DNA of 64,000 nucleotides from the human T2T-CHM13v2.0 reference genome, Homo sapiens. Below are positions 14,852 to 30,544 of the stretch, in pieces; positions within the stretch are counted from its first letter, which is position 1; every line of letters begins with the position of its first letter. A program made the translations under genes and the position numbers. Where the stretch lies: NCBI RefSeq assembly GCF_009914755.1, contig NC_060930.1; one strand, written 5' to 3'. The notes below the pieces were generated by a model, which did no database searches, was not told where the DNA came from, and saw only the letters and a list, made by a program, of their open reading frames with translations.

Positions 14852-17800
14852 CCCAAATTGTAAATTCTATGAGAGAAGGGATTTTTATGACTTTGCTCAT
14901 TGCTGAGTTTCCTGGACTAGAAAAGGGCTTGGCGTACAGTGGGTTCTCATTGAATATTCATTTAATACATCTACCCCACTCTTTTGTCACATCTAGGCAC
15001 GTTCCTCTGCTACTCACCCAGCCTCCATTCCCGGTGAGTTGGGGAACTACAAATATGGGTAAGCTCAAAAATAGCTCCCAAAAGTCACTCTGGGATACGC
15101 TGTCATTCAATGACCAAAAGAGCAGGCAGATTGCAGGGAGCTGGGCAGAGGTATGGTCGGATAGAAGCAGAGACAAAAACTGTGAATCTGCAAAGTACCG
15201 AGTATTCACTGGCCCATGAGTTTGCCATGCCAGATGGTTAGCTCAACTAGGGACATTAGAGTTACTGAAACTCTATCACGGGACCTCATTTTGAGGGGCT
15301 TCTGAACTTATTTGAGGTAGGGCTTTGCGCTCACTGATTCTACGTACATTTGTTTGACTGAGAGACATATTTCTTTGGTCTAAGGTGAGGGTTGTTTGTT
15401 CTGTAGGGACTCATAATCACTAAGTAGTTTGGGGATGTGGGTATTTCCTAAAGGAAATGATAACATAACAGTGTGATCCTTCCAATAGGAATATAATAAT
15501 CCTGTCCCGTTGTCACCATGATATGGCCTTAGGATGTTTTTCTAGAGGGAGTGTTGGCTCAGGGCTGCCCCTCCCACACGCTCCTAGCACCGTGCTCTCC
15601 CGTAACAGGGCGTGGATTTGAAAGAAGCCTGACCAGCTGAACCTCTGTGAAAGGGAAGCTGGCTTAGCTTTTGAAACCTTCTTCATTCTCAAAATCTGGA
15701 CTCCTTTTCATTGTCAGAGTTCTGGAGCAGGCACCAGACATGTTGAATTCTACTCCAGGTCTGGCTCACACTTGCCAATCAATCTCCAGCAAATCACTGT
15801 GCGCGAATCATTGTCTTTCTTGTTTTTAGTTCTTTCATCTGTAAAAGTAGCACCTTGCTAATCAATGTCTCAGCCATGACATATAGATCGGCTTTTTTTT
15901 TTTTAATGAACCAAAAATGGTTCATAAAATGACTTTAGGAAATGTTATCATGCTATAATAGTGCTTCTTTTTTATTTCTACTTGCAAAACCTATCTTCAT
16001 TCCCTCCTCTGCCTAGCTAGGACGCCTAGGGAACACCTAAACTTCCAGCAAATATTGTCCCTGCCTTGAGCTACACTCGGGTGCTCACACACAAGCCAGA
16101 TGGGAGCTGTTGAGTGTCAGTGTTGACCAGTGCTCATGCCCCAGCCCTGGCCCCGTCACCTCTTCGGCATCACCTGCATCTGGTTCATCTCCCAGGACAC
16201 TGACGTGTGGCAGTAAGACAGAAAGCTTGTACCATGTGTCATTCTGTCCTGTAAAAAAATGCAGTTATATCAGAGATCTGTCATTCAAAGATTCTAAACA
16301 AAACAATTCCTATGCCTAAGAGGAAGAACATTTCTGTTGTTTTGTTTGCTTTTTTTTTTTTTTAACCTGAACCAGTGCCTCACTGGGGAAAGGAAACACT
16401 CAAATGCTCAAAGCCTAGGTCTAAACATTGTCCCCACACAGTGTTGATCAACACTTGGCCCGAGGTTGCACTGCAGTTTTAGTTGTCTGGGTTAAGTGTA
16501 GGGTAAATTCAAATTCTCACTGTTTTCATGGAATAATTGCTAATGAATATAATCATCTTCCAATGTCATCTGTTTCATTTGAAAGTTGGCAGGAATGAAG
16601 AAGGCAGCTTTCTTTAGAAATGATTAGAACATGGTTATTAGGGTGAGGTCATTGGTTTACAATTAAGTCATTATTTTCCCCCTACAGTTATAATAACAGT
16701 GATGGAACCCAGAATCTTGTTGCTGGCTCTTTGGCAAAAGAAGATCAAATTTTCAGAGTTTGGGCTGCCTTCCCTTAGTTGAAGGAATATTTTCCCACAC
16801 CCGAGGCTGCTGGTGGGTGGCTGTCCCTCATACCACATGCATTTCTCTATGCGTCAGGGCTCTGCGGGCCAAGACGACTCACAGTATTCGCCAACTTGGA
16901 GCTGAAGGCTTTTCAACATGATAAAGAGGAAGATATTTTAAATTAAATTCCCGTTTGGCATTATTGTCATTTGATCTGTCCTGGGCTAATAAAGGGAAGA
17001 GCTATTCTTTAAAGAAAGAGAAAAGGCATAGCCAATGATTTTGTGCTCCCCATGAAAGAAAAATATCTTCTTGCTGGGTTTAGGAAAAGTTATCGGCTTC
17101 AGACCTCTAGGCAGGATTTAATTTCCCACATCATTATTTTTGCCTGCATAGTCACCATTTTTTTAAAGTTATGTTTTTATCTCTTTTCCTCTCTTACAAA
17201 CAAAACATGTCAAAGTCTTCACAGACCTATTTTTGGCAAGCTCTGAAAAATCTGTAAAATATTTAAAGGCCATCAAGGGGAAAAAAAATATCCACTGGAA
17301 TTAGAACCATCAGATTCTAGGTACTCATTGAAATAAATACAATTTCAAATTCTGCTGCCCCATTAAAGATTGCTTTTATTTATTTGCGGGTTTGAGATGA
17401 AGAAATAGTTGGAAGAGGCTGGAAATAGGAACTGAGACTCGCCTTCTCATCCAGGCTATGTAGTTAACTAGTTGTCATGCCCTGAGCAAGTCACTCAGCC
17501 TACCTGAAAAGCTGGATTATATACATATTAAGAACTCTAACAAGCCAAATGCCTCCAAGCAAGTGGGCACATACAAGTGCTGAAGTCATACATTTTGCAG
17601 TTGTACATCTAGAATTGTCTTAAAATACATGCATTGAGATGAGAACTCCTAGGCAAATGGCATCTCCTCTTGCTTTTAAAACTTGAGATTTATAGACCCC
17701 TTGAATTGTGTCTAAGAAATTCATAGCAATATGCCCATTGTAAAGTCTCAGGGTACCCATTTATATTCTGTATAAATATTTAAACAGAGAATTTGAACAC

Positions 17801-17854
17801 AGATAGTCATCAGAAATGAAGCGAGCTGCAATATCATATAGCTGCATAAAGCAG

Positions 17855-18112
17855 TAAAACTTCATAGTTAAGAGGGCAGGTTCTGGAGCCACGCAATTGG
17901 GGTTCAAATCTCTGTTCTGACATTTATTAGCTCTGTGACCTTGGGAAGTTGACTTAACTCCTTCACGCTTCAACCTTCTTATCTGGGCATGGGGCTAATT
18001 CCAGTACCCACCTCGTATGACTGTTGTAGGGATTCCAGTAGATCATACATTTGTATCAATTACCTCTATTACTGGCACAGCAGCAAGCGTTCACTAAATG
18101 TTAAATGTTATT
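17855..18112 (+). mobile_element. MIR SINE, near full length
   Basis: GTTAAGAGGGCAGGTTCTGGAGCC...GCTCTGTGACCTTGGGAAGTTGACTTAAC...TAAATGTTA. Confidence 0.85.
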
Positions 18113-19134
18113 TTAATAACCTGAGAATTGGGTCAAAAATGAAGAGCATGAGACCCCCATCCATGAATTATTACTTTGATCTTCTTATGATTTCATATCT
18201 GATAGAAAGAGGTAAACAAAATGGTCATGAATGATCTTTGTTAGTTTCTTGGTGCCTTAGTTGTTTCCACACACGGACATCGTAAGATAATGTAGGACTA
18301 TTCAGGATTAACTGTAGTCAACCAGTCTCTTGCTATTTACATGCAACTAACAAGCAAATGGTGAGGACTTGACTAGTAGTGCTAAGGGATCATTTTCCTT
18401 GTGTAAGTAACAAGCTAAAATAAAGTCATTGTGATTCAGAGAAACAGAAAGAGTGGGAAAATATGTGAACGACTTCTCCATTCCAGTGGGAACCTGGATG
18501 GAAACCCTCTTTTTGGAAGCCAAGAAGGCAAAGTTCCATTTTTTCTTGGCAAGGCACTTTACGAGACTCTGAGTGTCTTTGGACTCTGTATTTTGGTAGC
18601 TTGGAATTAGCCTGGGAACACTTTCATGCCCAAGTGATTTGAGAATCTCTCCCTTAATAACAAAGACTCCAATTTCTAGTGTTCAATCTTTCTCAAGGCC
18701 AAGTAAAGCGTCCGTTTGCATCTGTTTCAAGTCCCCTTTCACTTGCTTTTCACACCTCAATGTTTATCACAGCTTTCAAAGAAAGCACGTTTATCATTCA
18801 CAAGGTTATTTACAAGTTAAGAGATGACCTCAATATTCCATTGTAGTTCTTTCAAAAAGGGTAGCTGCCACTATAACAAATACATATCGCAATTTATTCT
18901 GATCTCTTCTCTGGTGGAATATACTATGGGGGCCTCAGGGTCCCTTATGCCGTTGGTTCATCTACAGATAGACACTATTTTTTTAGGATTCTTTTTCTCT
19001 ATGAACTAGCCCAAGCCAAAAAAGGGAAAATCATTTCTTCCTTAAGGACCATGGGCTCTGGCTCTATGCTGGGTAAATCTGTGTTCTCCAGTTTATTGGC
19101 ACTCAATATGTGATTTTTTTTTTAACTCTTACTA

Positions 19135-19927
<793 letters not shown>

Positions 19928-21090
19928 CTAAACAAACGTGACAGTCATTATTGAGCTTTATAAACGTGTTAGTAATTGGGAGACTATGGAAATGAGGAAT
20001 GGCCAGTTTTATGTTTTAGAGAAATGATGCCAGGAAGACCACTCTTTCATTAAATCAAATCTGATCCTCCACATTAGGCTATGCAGGGAGACTTGCCATG
20101 TGGGAAGCGCCTGGCCCACCTGGCCAGGATTTGGAGTCTCTCCTCTGACAACTACACCAGCCTCAGGGGACACTCTCTGCCTCAACTCTGTTGGCAACCA
20201 CTGATGAGATTGGTTTCTGAGTTCCCCAAAGCACTCTGAGACTAGGCTGGAACATGTAAAGAAAACCCCATTAAATGACTAGGAATAGCAAAAAGAATAA
20301 AATAACCCACAATTTTGTTCTTTGCTCTCAACACAGCACTTGACCATCTTCCCCCTTTCCCAGCTCTAAGCCTGCATCCATGTGGCAAGGCCATTATTCC
20401 CCTCTACCAGGCAGGACCCGAAAGTATGCTTAGACTCCTGGAAGCCTAGACCTTACCACCTACTAGGTTTTGGTATCCTGTCTTCAAACACGTATATTCC
20501 TTGCATGTTTACACTGGAAAATGTATCCCTATCATGCAGAGGAGACCGGCTTTATTCACAGGCCTTGGTCTTTCCCATGGCCTCAACAAGACAACCACAT
20601 CAGAATACTACATGCACATATTGATGGATGAACACACCCAGCGGTAGGACGTTGTTTTATTATAAAGGGTTATTATGATGATACAAATGTCACAGACATT
20701 TAGAGAGTGGGCCAGTGTTCCTGGGTGCTAAGGCGTTGTTTGCAGCTCTAGTGGGAGGCAGAGGAAGGTACACATTGTAGGCCTCCGTTTCTTTAATAGG
20801 GAAGACCCTCTTAAAGAGGGTGCAGCAGTTTGGAGAAGAAGCTCCTGCTGTTGTTGTTGCTGCTGTTGTTTCTCCTGGGGCCACGTGTCTGACTGCTCCT
20901 ATTTCAGGGCAACTGGGTCACAGCTGTGCTGCCGGCCACAGGGCTTCTCTAAGCATAGGCCCCAAGGGCGACATGAGAAAAGCCACCTGACAGAGTGGAT
21001 TCTTGCTTTGCCTGGCTGTAAGGAAGAAAGAACTTCATTTGCCCTAAGCTGTTCACAGGTTCTGGGGCCTGGGGCCTGAGGCCTGGGGCA

Positions 21091-21175
<85 letters not shown>
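21091..21175. repeat. compound (TG)n(GA)n microsatellite
   Basis: about 58 bp TG followed by about 28 bp GA. Confidence 0.97.
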
Positions 21176-21179
<4 letters not shown>

Positions 21180-21893
21180 TTACAAGCTGTATCTTGGTAT
21201 TCCTTTTTCAAATCCACATTCCATTACCCCATGTTCAACTCAGTTGGTTTCCAGGAGCCCTCCCAAGAGAAACAGCTGCTTGATGCCTTAAAGAGGAAAT
21301 GTTAAAAGCTCTTGAGATTTAGAATTTTAGAATCTGCAGGGTTGATAACTTCCTCTCTGCTTATGAAAACAAATAGCACTAACTCCTCTTTCTCGACACA
21401 AACACGGTTCCCAAATGATTGTTTTCCTCTCTCAAATACGGTTCTATCAAGGAAGAGCAGATAACACCAGGTAGCCTGCAATTAAGTTGTAGATGCTAAT
21501 AATAAAATCGGTTCTTGGTATTATAGCATGGATACTGTTCATCATTATGCTGCAATTGAAAAGTGATACAAAGATAGAGACCAGAGAACTTCCGCTTGAG
21601 GCTAGACGGTTTCCCACCTTTGAGATACAAAAGGTCAATCTAACACAAGTGATTACTGATTTGGAAGCATTAAGTTAGAACAATTAATTATCCCATAGTA
21701 AATGCATTACTGGTTGTCTCTCCTGGGGTTCTTTAGTAAGGTTGAGTTATAGAACTGGCAGTGTAGCTCTTAATAACTGAAGGGACTTTTTTCTTTCGGA
21801 AGACATGTTAGTGAGAAGGGGGTAGTGTTTTGGTACGGTTTGGTTTGGGTTGGGTTTGGTTGCCAAGTTTGAGAAAACAAGAATTAAGCTGGG

Positions 21894-22226
<333 letters not shown>

Positions 22227-22289
22227 TTATCCCTAACACATACACAAACACACATGTGTACACATACATGCATGCTCAGACTTCATATT

Positions 22290-22350
22290 TTTCTCTTCTC
22301 TTCTCTTTTCTCTCTCTCCCTGTCTCTCTCTCCTCTCTCTCTCTCTGTCT
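22290..22350. repeat. CT-rich simple repeat
   Basis: (TC)n-like tract. Confidence 0.85.
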
Positions 22351-23054
22351 TATAGATTACCCATATTCTTGAGAGTTGACAGAACAGTGGATTCAGAAAC
22401 AAGAGCTAACAGGAATAAGTAGAAGTCTTTTCATTGTCATTTATCTTATCGTCATTCAGTTCATGTATTTTCCTCTGGCAATTCTTTTTAAACAGAATGT
22501 TTCCTTTAGAATTGTTTCTTTCTCTCAACTTCAGCCCGAAAATTTTAAGGTAGTGGGGTAATGTTTATGTGTGTGTGCTTTAAAACAAACAGTAGACCTT
22601 TCTGGGTGTTGAAAATGATTAGTGACAGCATCAATACCATTCATTTGTGTTATTTCACACATTTTTCCATAAAGGGATTCATCCCAGGACTCATTTATTC
22701 TTGATTCAACTCATTTCTCATCACTAGCTTTTGGTGCCAAGTACAAAAGGAGTTTCAATCCTCCTAAATATTTGCAGATCAGATAGACATAAAATAATAG
22801 AGAGACTATTCTATAGTAAAAAGAAAATATTTTAAGGAAGGGATTACTTTGTATCAACCACAGTCAGGTTCATAATTTATCTGACATGCTTGTAAACAAA
22901 CAGCTGAAAGATCTTCAGCCTCCAAAATATTATGAATACTTTTGCAATGAAAAAGTAAATGTGTTCAAAAACAAAATGATTTGTAAATTTAACTAAAAGT
23001 TTGCGTCGCTACGAGTTTACTGGTATCCAAAGAATATCACACACTTTTTGTTTC

Positions 23055-23220
23055 CATTTACTGATTCATCAAATATTTATTGAGTCCTTAACCTATGCTA
23101 TGTACTTGTACTAAGTGTTTGGAATGCAGATGGCCCTGCTCTCAAGGAGTTTACAATCTAGTGGGGAGACAAATAAACAGTTCCAATAAAGTGCTGCTGA
23201 AAATAAGGGAAGAAGGCCAA
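23055..23220 (-). mobile_element. L2 3' end
   Basis: TTCATCAAATATTTATTGAG...CCCTGCTCTCAAGGAGTTTACAATCTAGTGGGGAGAC. Confidence 0.8.
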
Positions 23221-23799
23221 GGGCGATGGAATGGACTGTCTATCCCTGAGGACACAATGTTTATTTTAGTCAATTTGCCATGGTCCATGGACTAGCTTCA
23301 CAGACTTAGAAACCTTGGCATAGGTGAAGATTGTCTCTCAGAAGTGAATTCCCATTGGCCAAGTAATTAGAATAACTAATAGTAAACTAGAATGCGAATT
23401 TATTAATTTGCCCTGAGAAATAGAACTGCCCAAGAAATGAGATCCTTAAGTTCAAGGTTCAGCACACCATAGGCAGCCACAATGCAGCTAAATTACAATA
23501 AGAAGGCTTCTTGGTAAGCATGAAATAGAAGAAATTAAGGTTCGATGAAAGATCCTGAGAAATTATAATGACACCAAGCTAAGATAGCCTGGTACCTCCA
23601 TCTCCTAAAATGGGGAGACCTGACGCTGTGATGGCAGAAGTCAAAGCTGGGGACAAGAGCACCTCCTCTAGTGGACAGTGAGCACCTTCAGGCCACAGCC
23701 GGAGTTGGCCCATCCTGAACCCCTTATGGAGACGCCTTTAACAGTTGCCATCCCCCTTTATTGGCTGGGTTGATACTCAGCTGGAATGCAGTTGTGGTC

Positions 23800-23960
23800 A
23801 TATCCGGGGCCTAAAATCTGGTTTTACTGGGGCCTAAACCTTATACAAGTTTGTGGGGCCTCTTAAAGAAACAATAAACCTTTATGAGTAAAAATTAATT
23901 ATGAAAGTAAATATTTCTTTGGAAAGTTCCCATGCAAGTGGGGACTCATTTATTTCATAG
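23800..23960. mobile_element. hAT-Tip100-type MER DNA transposon fragment (subfamily uncertain)
   Basis: GGGGCCTAAACCTTATACAAGTTTGTGGGGCCTCTTAAAGAAA...CCCATGCAAGTGGGG resembles a non-autonomous hAT element. Confidence 0.5.
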
Positions 23961-25212
23961 AAACTAAAACCGAATGTTAAGTTATGGAAATACTTTCATG
24001 CTACTGTAGTTGATAAAGCGCTGCCACCCTGGCCACTCTGGCCCCTCCCTGGGAAACCCTAGACCTCCTCAAATTCCAGCAATTAAAGGATTAAAGGCTG
24101 AGAGTATACCATCTGTTCTGAGCATGGTAATTGGTAAATATGTTTAATGAGTATCTCTTTTTTAGACATTGGCATATATTTATGATGTACTGCATTATGT
24201 ATTGATTTTGCCATTTAATTCTCAATGCTAAGCCCTTATTTCAAGTTCTTGGAAACCTCACAGTCACCCCTGAATGCTAACAATTCATACAAGTCCGAAA
24301 TATTTAACATTTCTTTTACAATCCTCCAAACTGCCAAAGAATGGAGCTGAGTGAAAGCTTTATCTCTTAAGCAGTACTGGTTTCTAGAGCATTCCCAACA
24401 AGATCTCCTAAGAAAGAAGCTTGGTGAGGGTGGTAATTGGTGATAGTGCAGCCTAGGGTCCTGAAGGACTAGGAGAGAAGGCAGTAAGGGCATTTTCCTG
24501 TTTGTTTATTTTAATCCAAGAGCCGGTACAAAGCTTTCCCCAGGGGAAATTTGATATGTTATTAAAAGAAGAAAGAATGGGTGTTCAGTGAACAACAAAC
24601 AGCAAACACATCCTCAATAATTCTAACTCTTTGCGGCATAACGTGCAGAATTCTGCCATAAGGGTACAAGTCCTCAAAATCTACCCTCTACCTGATACAG
24701 GTACATTTGTCAGGGGGTAGGTGGAACATTTTTCTTGTATCTTTATAAAGAAGCAATTACCATATTTGACTGTGGTACTTAATTTTCCACAAATTTCCCA
24801 TCAGCTTGGTGTAATGTTGTTCTTTGGAACATTTGCAACATTTTCAACTTCATCAAGTCAAAAAGAACAGTTTATGAAAGCAGTCACTTCCCCCCACAAG
24901 CCTCAGAAGGAGCTTCATTTGGTGCTAAAGCATCTCCATATGATTTGTAGCTGTGTTTCCCAAGGGGAAGATATACAAAGGACACTGTGAGAAAATCTGC
25001 TCCTTATTTAAACTGTGAAGTGTTGGTAGAACTACCTTCTTCTGACAATCAGTGAGGACCACTGTGGATGTTAAATGCAAACAAGCAAACATTGTATTTT
25101 TTTTGTATTCTGTCCTTTTAAAACTAATTTATACAAAATCTCCAATTAGGATTCAATATTTTACATACTGAGAAAACATAGTGTGTGGTTCCTAGAAATT
25201 TAACAGTTTACA

Positions 25213-25285
25213 TAGTATAGAACCTGGCTCACAGTGAATGTTTGATGAATAACTGATGAATGAATGAATGAATGAATGAATGAGT
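25213..25285 (+). mobile_element. L2 3' terminus with (ATGA)n tail
   Basis: AGAACCTGGCTCACAGTGAATG...GAATGAATGAATG. Confidence 0.75.
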
Positions 25286-25501
25286 GACTAAAGAAGCACG
25301 CCAGCAAAATGGCTTTCTCCCTGAGAAGGCTCACAGATTAAAAAAATAAATTTACATTTTTTACTTATTGTCTAACAAAGAATATACAGGTCCTAGAGCA
25401 GTGGATGACAATTTTGCTAAACGAATGAATGACAGCATAATTTCCCTGAGGGGAGAAGCTGCTTATCAGAATGAATACTCCTGCAGAGACTGTAGATGTG
25501 A

Positions 25502-25566
25502 GTGCATGTGCACGTGTGTGTGTGTGTGTGTGTGTGCATGCATGCGCACACACACATGCGCACGTG
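25502..25566. repeat. 65-bp alternating purine-pyrimidine tract, (TG)n then (CA)n
   Basis: uninterrupted RY alternation. Confidence 0.9.
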
Positions 25567-25699
25567 GGCTGATAGGGGAGACTTGGAGGAATTGGGAAGT
25601 GGCATTTCAGAGCTACAAAAAGGCTCATGTGTAAACAGTCTGTGTGATCAAGCCAGGTGTTCAATGCTTCTAGGAGCCAGGGTACCAAGGTACACTGAG

Positions 25700-26300
25700 A
25701 AAAGCATAAGCTTTCGGTCTAGACAGATAGGGGTACGAATCTGCAACTTACCAGCCATTTGACCTTGACCGATTTACCTTACCTCCCTACGCCTCAGTTA
25801 ACTCATCTTAAAGCAGTGATAATAACATTTACCTCTCCAGGTCATGTCTGAGAAACAGAGGTAATGATGGCAAACTCTATTACATGCCAGGCACTGTTCT
25901 AAGCACTTTATGTACATTACCCTGTTTCAACCTCACAAGAGCCATGTGAGACAAGACACTGTCTTTGCAAATGAGGAAAACAGACAAACAGGGGTTAAGT
26001 AATTGCCTAAAATATATAGCCTAGGGCCTGTGCACCGCGGATTCTCAATAGACAGTAATGGTCATTATTTATGGTCACAGTCCTAAGTGCTTTACATTCA
26101 TTCTCTCATCTGATCCTCGAAGAAAACATATGTGCTTAGAATGGTGCCTGGCATAAGGCAGGTGTTTGATAAATATTTGTTAAGTGAGTGAATGAATCTT
26201 CACTTTACAGCAGAATTAACTGAGGGTTAAATACTTGCCCAAAGCCACACAGCCTGAATGTGAACCCTGCAGATGAACTCCAGGGCCTGTGCTCTTAGCA
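25700..26300. mobile_element. cluster of MIR fragments (both strands) and a short L2 3' end
   Basis: GCCTCAGTTAACTCATC; ATGCCAGGCACTGTTCTAAGCACTTTA; TGCCTGGCATAAGGCAGG...TGAATGAAT; ACTTGCCCAAAGCCACACAGC. Confidence 0.75.
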
Positions 26301-27871
26301 TTGCCAGTCACTTACAGTCTCTGCCCTCATCCCTCTGGCATCAGAGACAAGAAAGGTGCAGATAGGGGGAGGGGCACAACACCTGGGCATATCAGAATCA
26401 TCTCAAGAAACCAAGACAGACTGTCTTCAGGGTTGTTTAGAAAACACGGAAGCATTCATCTTTTCCTTCCTCTTGTTCTGTCTTTTTCATCTCACCCTGG
26501 ATATCTGCCTCGGCTCCTAAAAATCTTTGCTCTGCAACCTCCAGTTTCTAATTCTGGCTAACAGAGAGAAAAATATTAGAAATCGTACTCTCAGAGATCC
26601 ATCATTCAGCTAAGACTTCTTAAGGGTTCTTAAGTAATCAGCCATTTGAGGTTTAGGATTATATTTGAGAGAAGAGTGCTGTGATGAGTGAAGAAGTATG
26701 TGATCCATTTGAATACACAATTCTCACAGGCTGCAAATAACCAGGCCTAAAAAAGCCTTAGTCTTAAAAAAAAAAAAAAAACTGTATTTAAAAAAAAAGA
26801 ATGAAACATTACTGAAAAAATGATACAGTGGCTGTAATTGAACATTCCTGTTGAATTAATTACTTTGACATGCATTATTTCTATAGTATTGATAGGTGGG
26901 CAGAGCTTCCAAAAACTATTTATTTGATTTAGAATTAGAAACCATCATGGGTATTTGCTTCTAGCTGGGTGGACGAATTGTTAAATTCTATCATCCCTAT
27001 CCCTAGTGTTTCAGTAACTTGGTATGATTAAGCATGGATAAAAGCTAAAATTTTAAAAAGAAAGAAAAGCTCATTACCAAATCCTGAACAGCTTCAGTAA
27101 CTTTGTGCCGGTCTCTGAAGGACATTTGTGCCTTGTTATGACAAGGAATTATTCATAATGTGTGCCTAGCATATAGATTGCATCCTTTATTTGAGACAAT
27201 AAAAGAGTCATCCTTAGTAGCTGATGGAAATAAATAGGCAAGCAAAATTTAAAGGGAAGAAAAAAAGACCAACCAATAGGCCCCTATAATAATTGCTTGT
27301 CAGTGTAACATCAAGTAGTTCATCCTTTTAGGAACTCGTTATGTGGCTAGCCCATTATGTTCTCCGGATAGAAAAGAAAAAATGCAGTAATTCACAGAAA
27401 AGCAATGACAGGATTCTGCCAGTTTACCTAATAGTATTGACTAGACAGGAGAATTATGGCTTACAAACAAAGAGTGATTCTGTATTTGGAATTGTTTTGC
27501 TCCCTTTTTGTCCAATCAGAATTTTTTTCATTTAAAAAGTATCAATACCCCTGAAAAATATCAAATATACCACCAACAGCTTTTTGATCTGACTATAAGA
27601 GTGCACAGTTTCTAGATTCTTGCTCAATTACTTGCTTACCGAAACCTCTGCTGTGGCTAGGAGAAAATAGATGCTATACTTTAGTGCCCCTTGCTGGTCA
27701 ACCTGAAGAAAATTGGAGCATAATGACTCCAAGAACCCAGGTTTCAATAAATGGAGTGGCAAGTTCTATTCAGACGGGTAAGAAGCCAAACTGATGTGGC
27801 CAAAACATCTGCAGCTAGTATGAAGAATCATTACAATGAGATGAGGCATTTGGAAATGCACATATTTTCTT

Positions 27872-28165
27872 TTTTTTTTAAATTATTATTATACTTTAAG
27901 TTTTAGGGTACATGTGCACAATGTGCAGGTTAGTTACATATGTATACATGTGCCATACTAGTGTGCTGCACCCATTAACTCATCATTTACATTAGGTATA
28001 TCTCCTAATGCTATCCCTCCCCCCTCCCCCCACCCCACAACAGTCCCCAGAGTGTGATGTTCCCCTTCCTGTGTCCATGTGTTCTCATTGTTCAATTCCC
28101 ACCTATGAGTGAGAACATGCGGTGTTTGGTTTTTTGTCCTTGCGATAGTTTACTGAGAATGATGA
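27872..28165 (-). mobile_element. young LINE-1 3' end (L1PA3-like), 5'-truncated
   Basis: TTATTATACTTTAAGTTTTAGGGTACATGTGCACAATGTGCAGG; perfect 20-bp TSD ggaaatgcacatattttctt 27852-27871/28166-28185. Confidence 0.96.
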
Positions 28166-28508
28166 GGAAATGCACATATTTTCTTACAGAGGAAAAAGTG
28201 CAATAGAGAGAAAAGCTACACGTTAAGTCTTAGCCTAACTTAAATCCCGGAAATGCATTCCTATGAATGCACCCATATGAAGTAAACTCTTTCTAGTCTT
28301 GACGTATGACTTTGCTTGATTATGTCTCCAAAAACGTATGTGGCCTCTCGAAAACCACAAGGGAAATGATAGATACCCACAAATCCCTAGTGGAATTCTC
28401 AGTTCAAATTAAATTCCAAAAATAATGCAAAAACTTCTTTCTACAGAGGAAAAAGAGTATATGTACAGTAATGCATTAGATAATCGAAAATAACATTATA
28501 ACCTATAA

Positions 28509-28983
<475 letters not shown>

Positions 28984-29771
28984 TAATAACTCTTAGGATT
29001 TCAGAGTAAGCCATCAGACCTAACACATCAACCCTATTTGGAACACTATGAGAGCTGGACTTAGAATTTCATCTCCTCCCTCACAAGGTACCCATCAGGA
29101 ATTTGGATTCACAAGATCCAGCTCTAGGACCTAGAAAAAGTCCATTCAGGCAGACTGAATAATTCAGTGGCACAGGGGGACTAGCCCGTGGGGCAGCCTC
29201 GGCACACGTGCAAGCCACCCTCAGATGCTCAGCCTGCAGATAGACTCTGGAACCAGGCACCAAAGATAGCTGGTCCTTCAAAAGCCTTGCAAGCTTCATG
29301 GGACCTAGAATAGCCAAAACAGTCCTAAAAAAGAAGAGCAAAGCTAGAGGACTTTCATTTTCTTATTTCAAAACTTACTACAACGCTACAATGTGGTGCT
29401 GGCATAACAACAGATATATAGATCAGTGGAATCAAATTGAGAGTCCATAAATAAACCCTCATGTTTATGGTCATTTGATTTTCATGTAGAGGGCCAAAAC
29501 AATTCAACTGGGAAATGAGTAGTCTTTTCAACAAATAATGCTAGGTAACTGAATGCAAAAGAATAAAGCTGGACCCCTACCTTACACTATATACAAAAAC
29601 TTAACTCAAAATTAAAGACCTAAATATAAGAAAACTATAGAACTATTAAAAGAAGATACATGAGTAGATCTTACCTTAGATTTGGCAATGATTTCTTAGA
29701 GATGACACGAAAAGCAGAAGAAATGAAAGAATGTGATTTCACTTCATCAAAACTAAAACCTTTGTACTTTA

Positions 29772-30461
<690 letters not shown>

Positions 30462-30544
30462 TCATATATCTGATAAAGAAACTGGAGCTAGAATATACAA
30501 AGAGTGATAACAACTCAATAATAAGACAAGGTAAAAATTAATTG

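Noticed and set aside
14797-15219. 140-aa ORF with HT repeats
   Set aside because: Derived from a (CA)n microsatellite and L2 sequence
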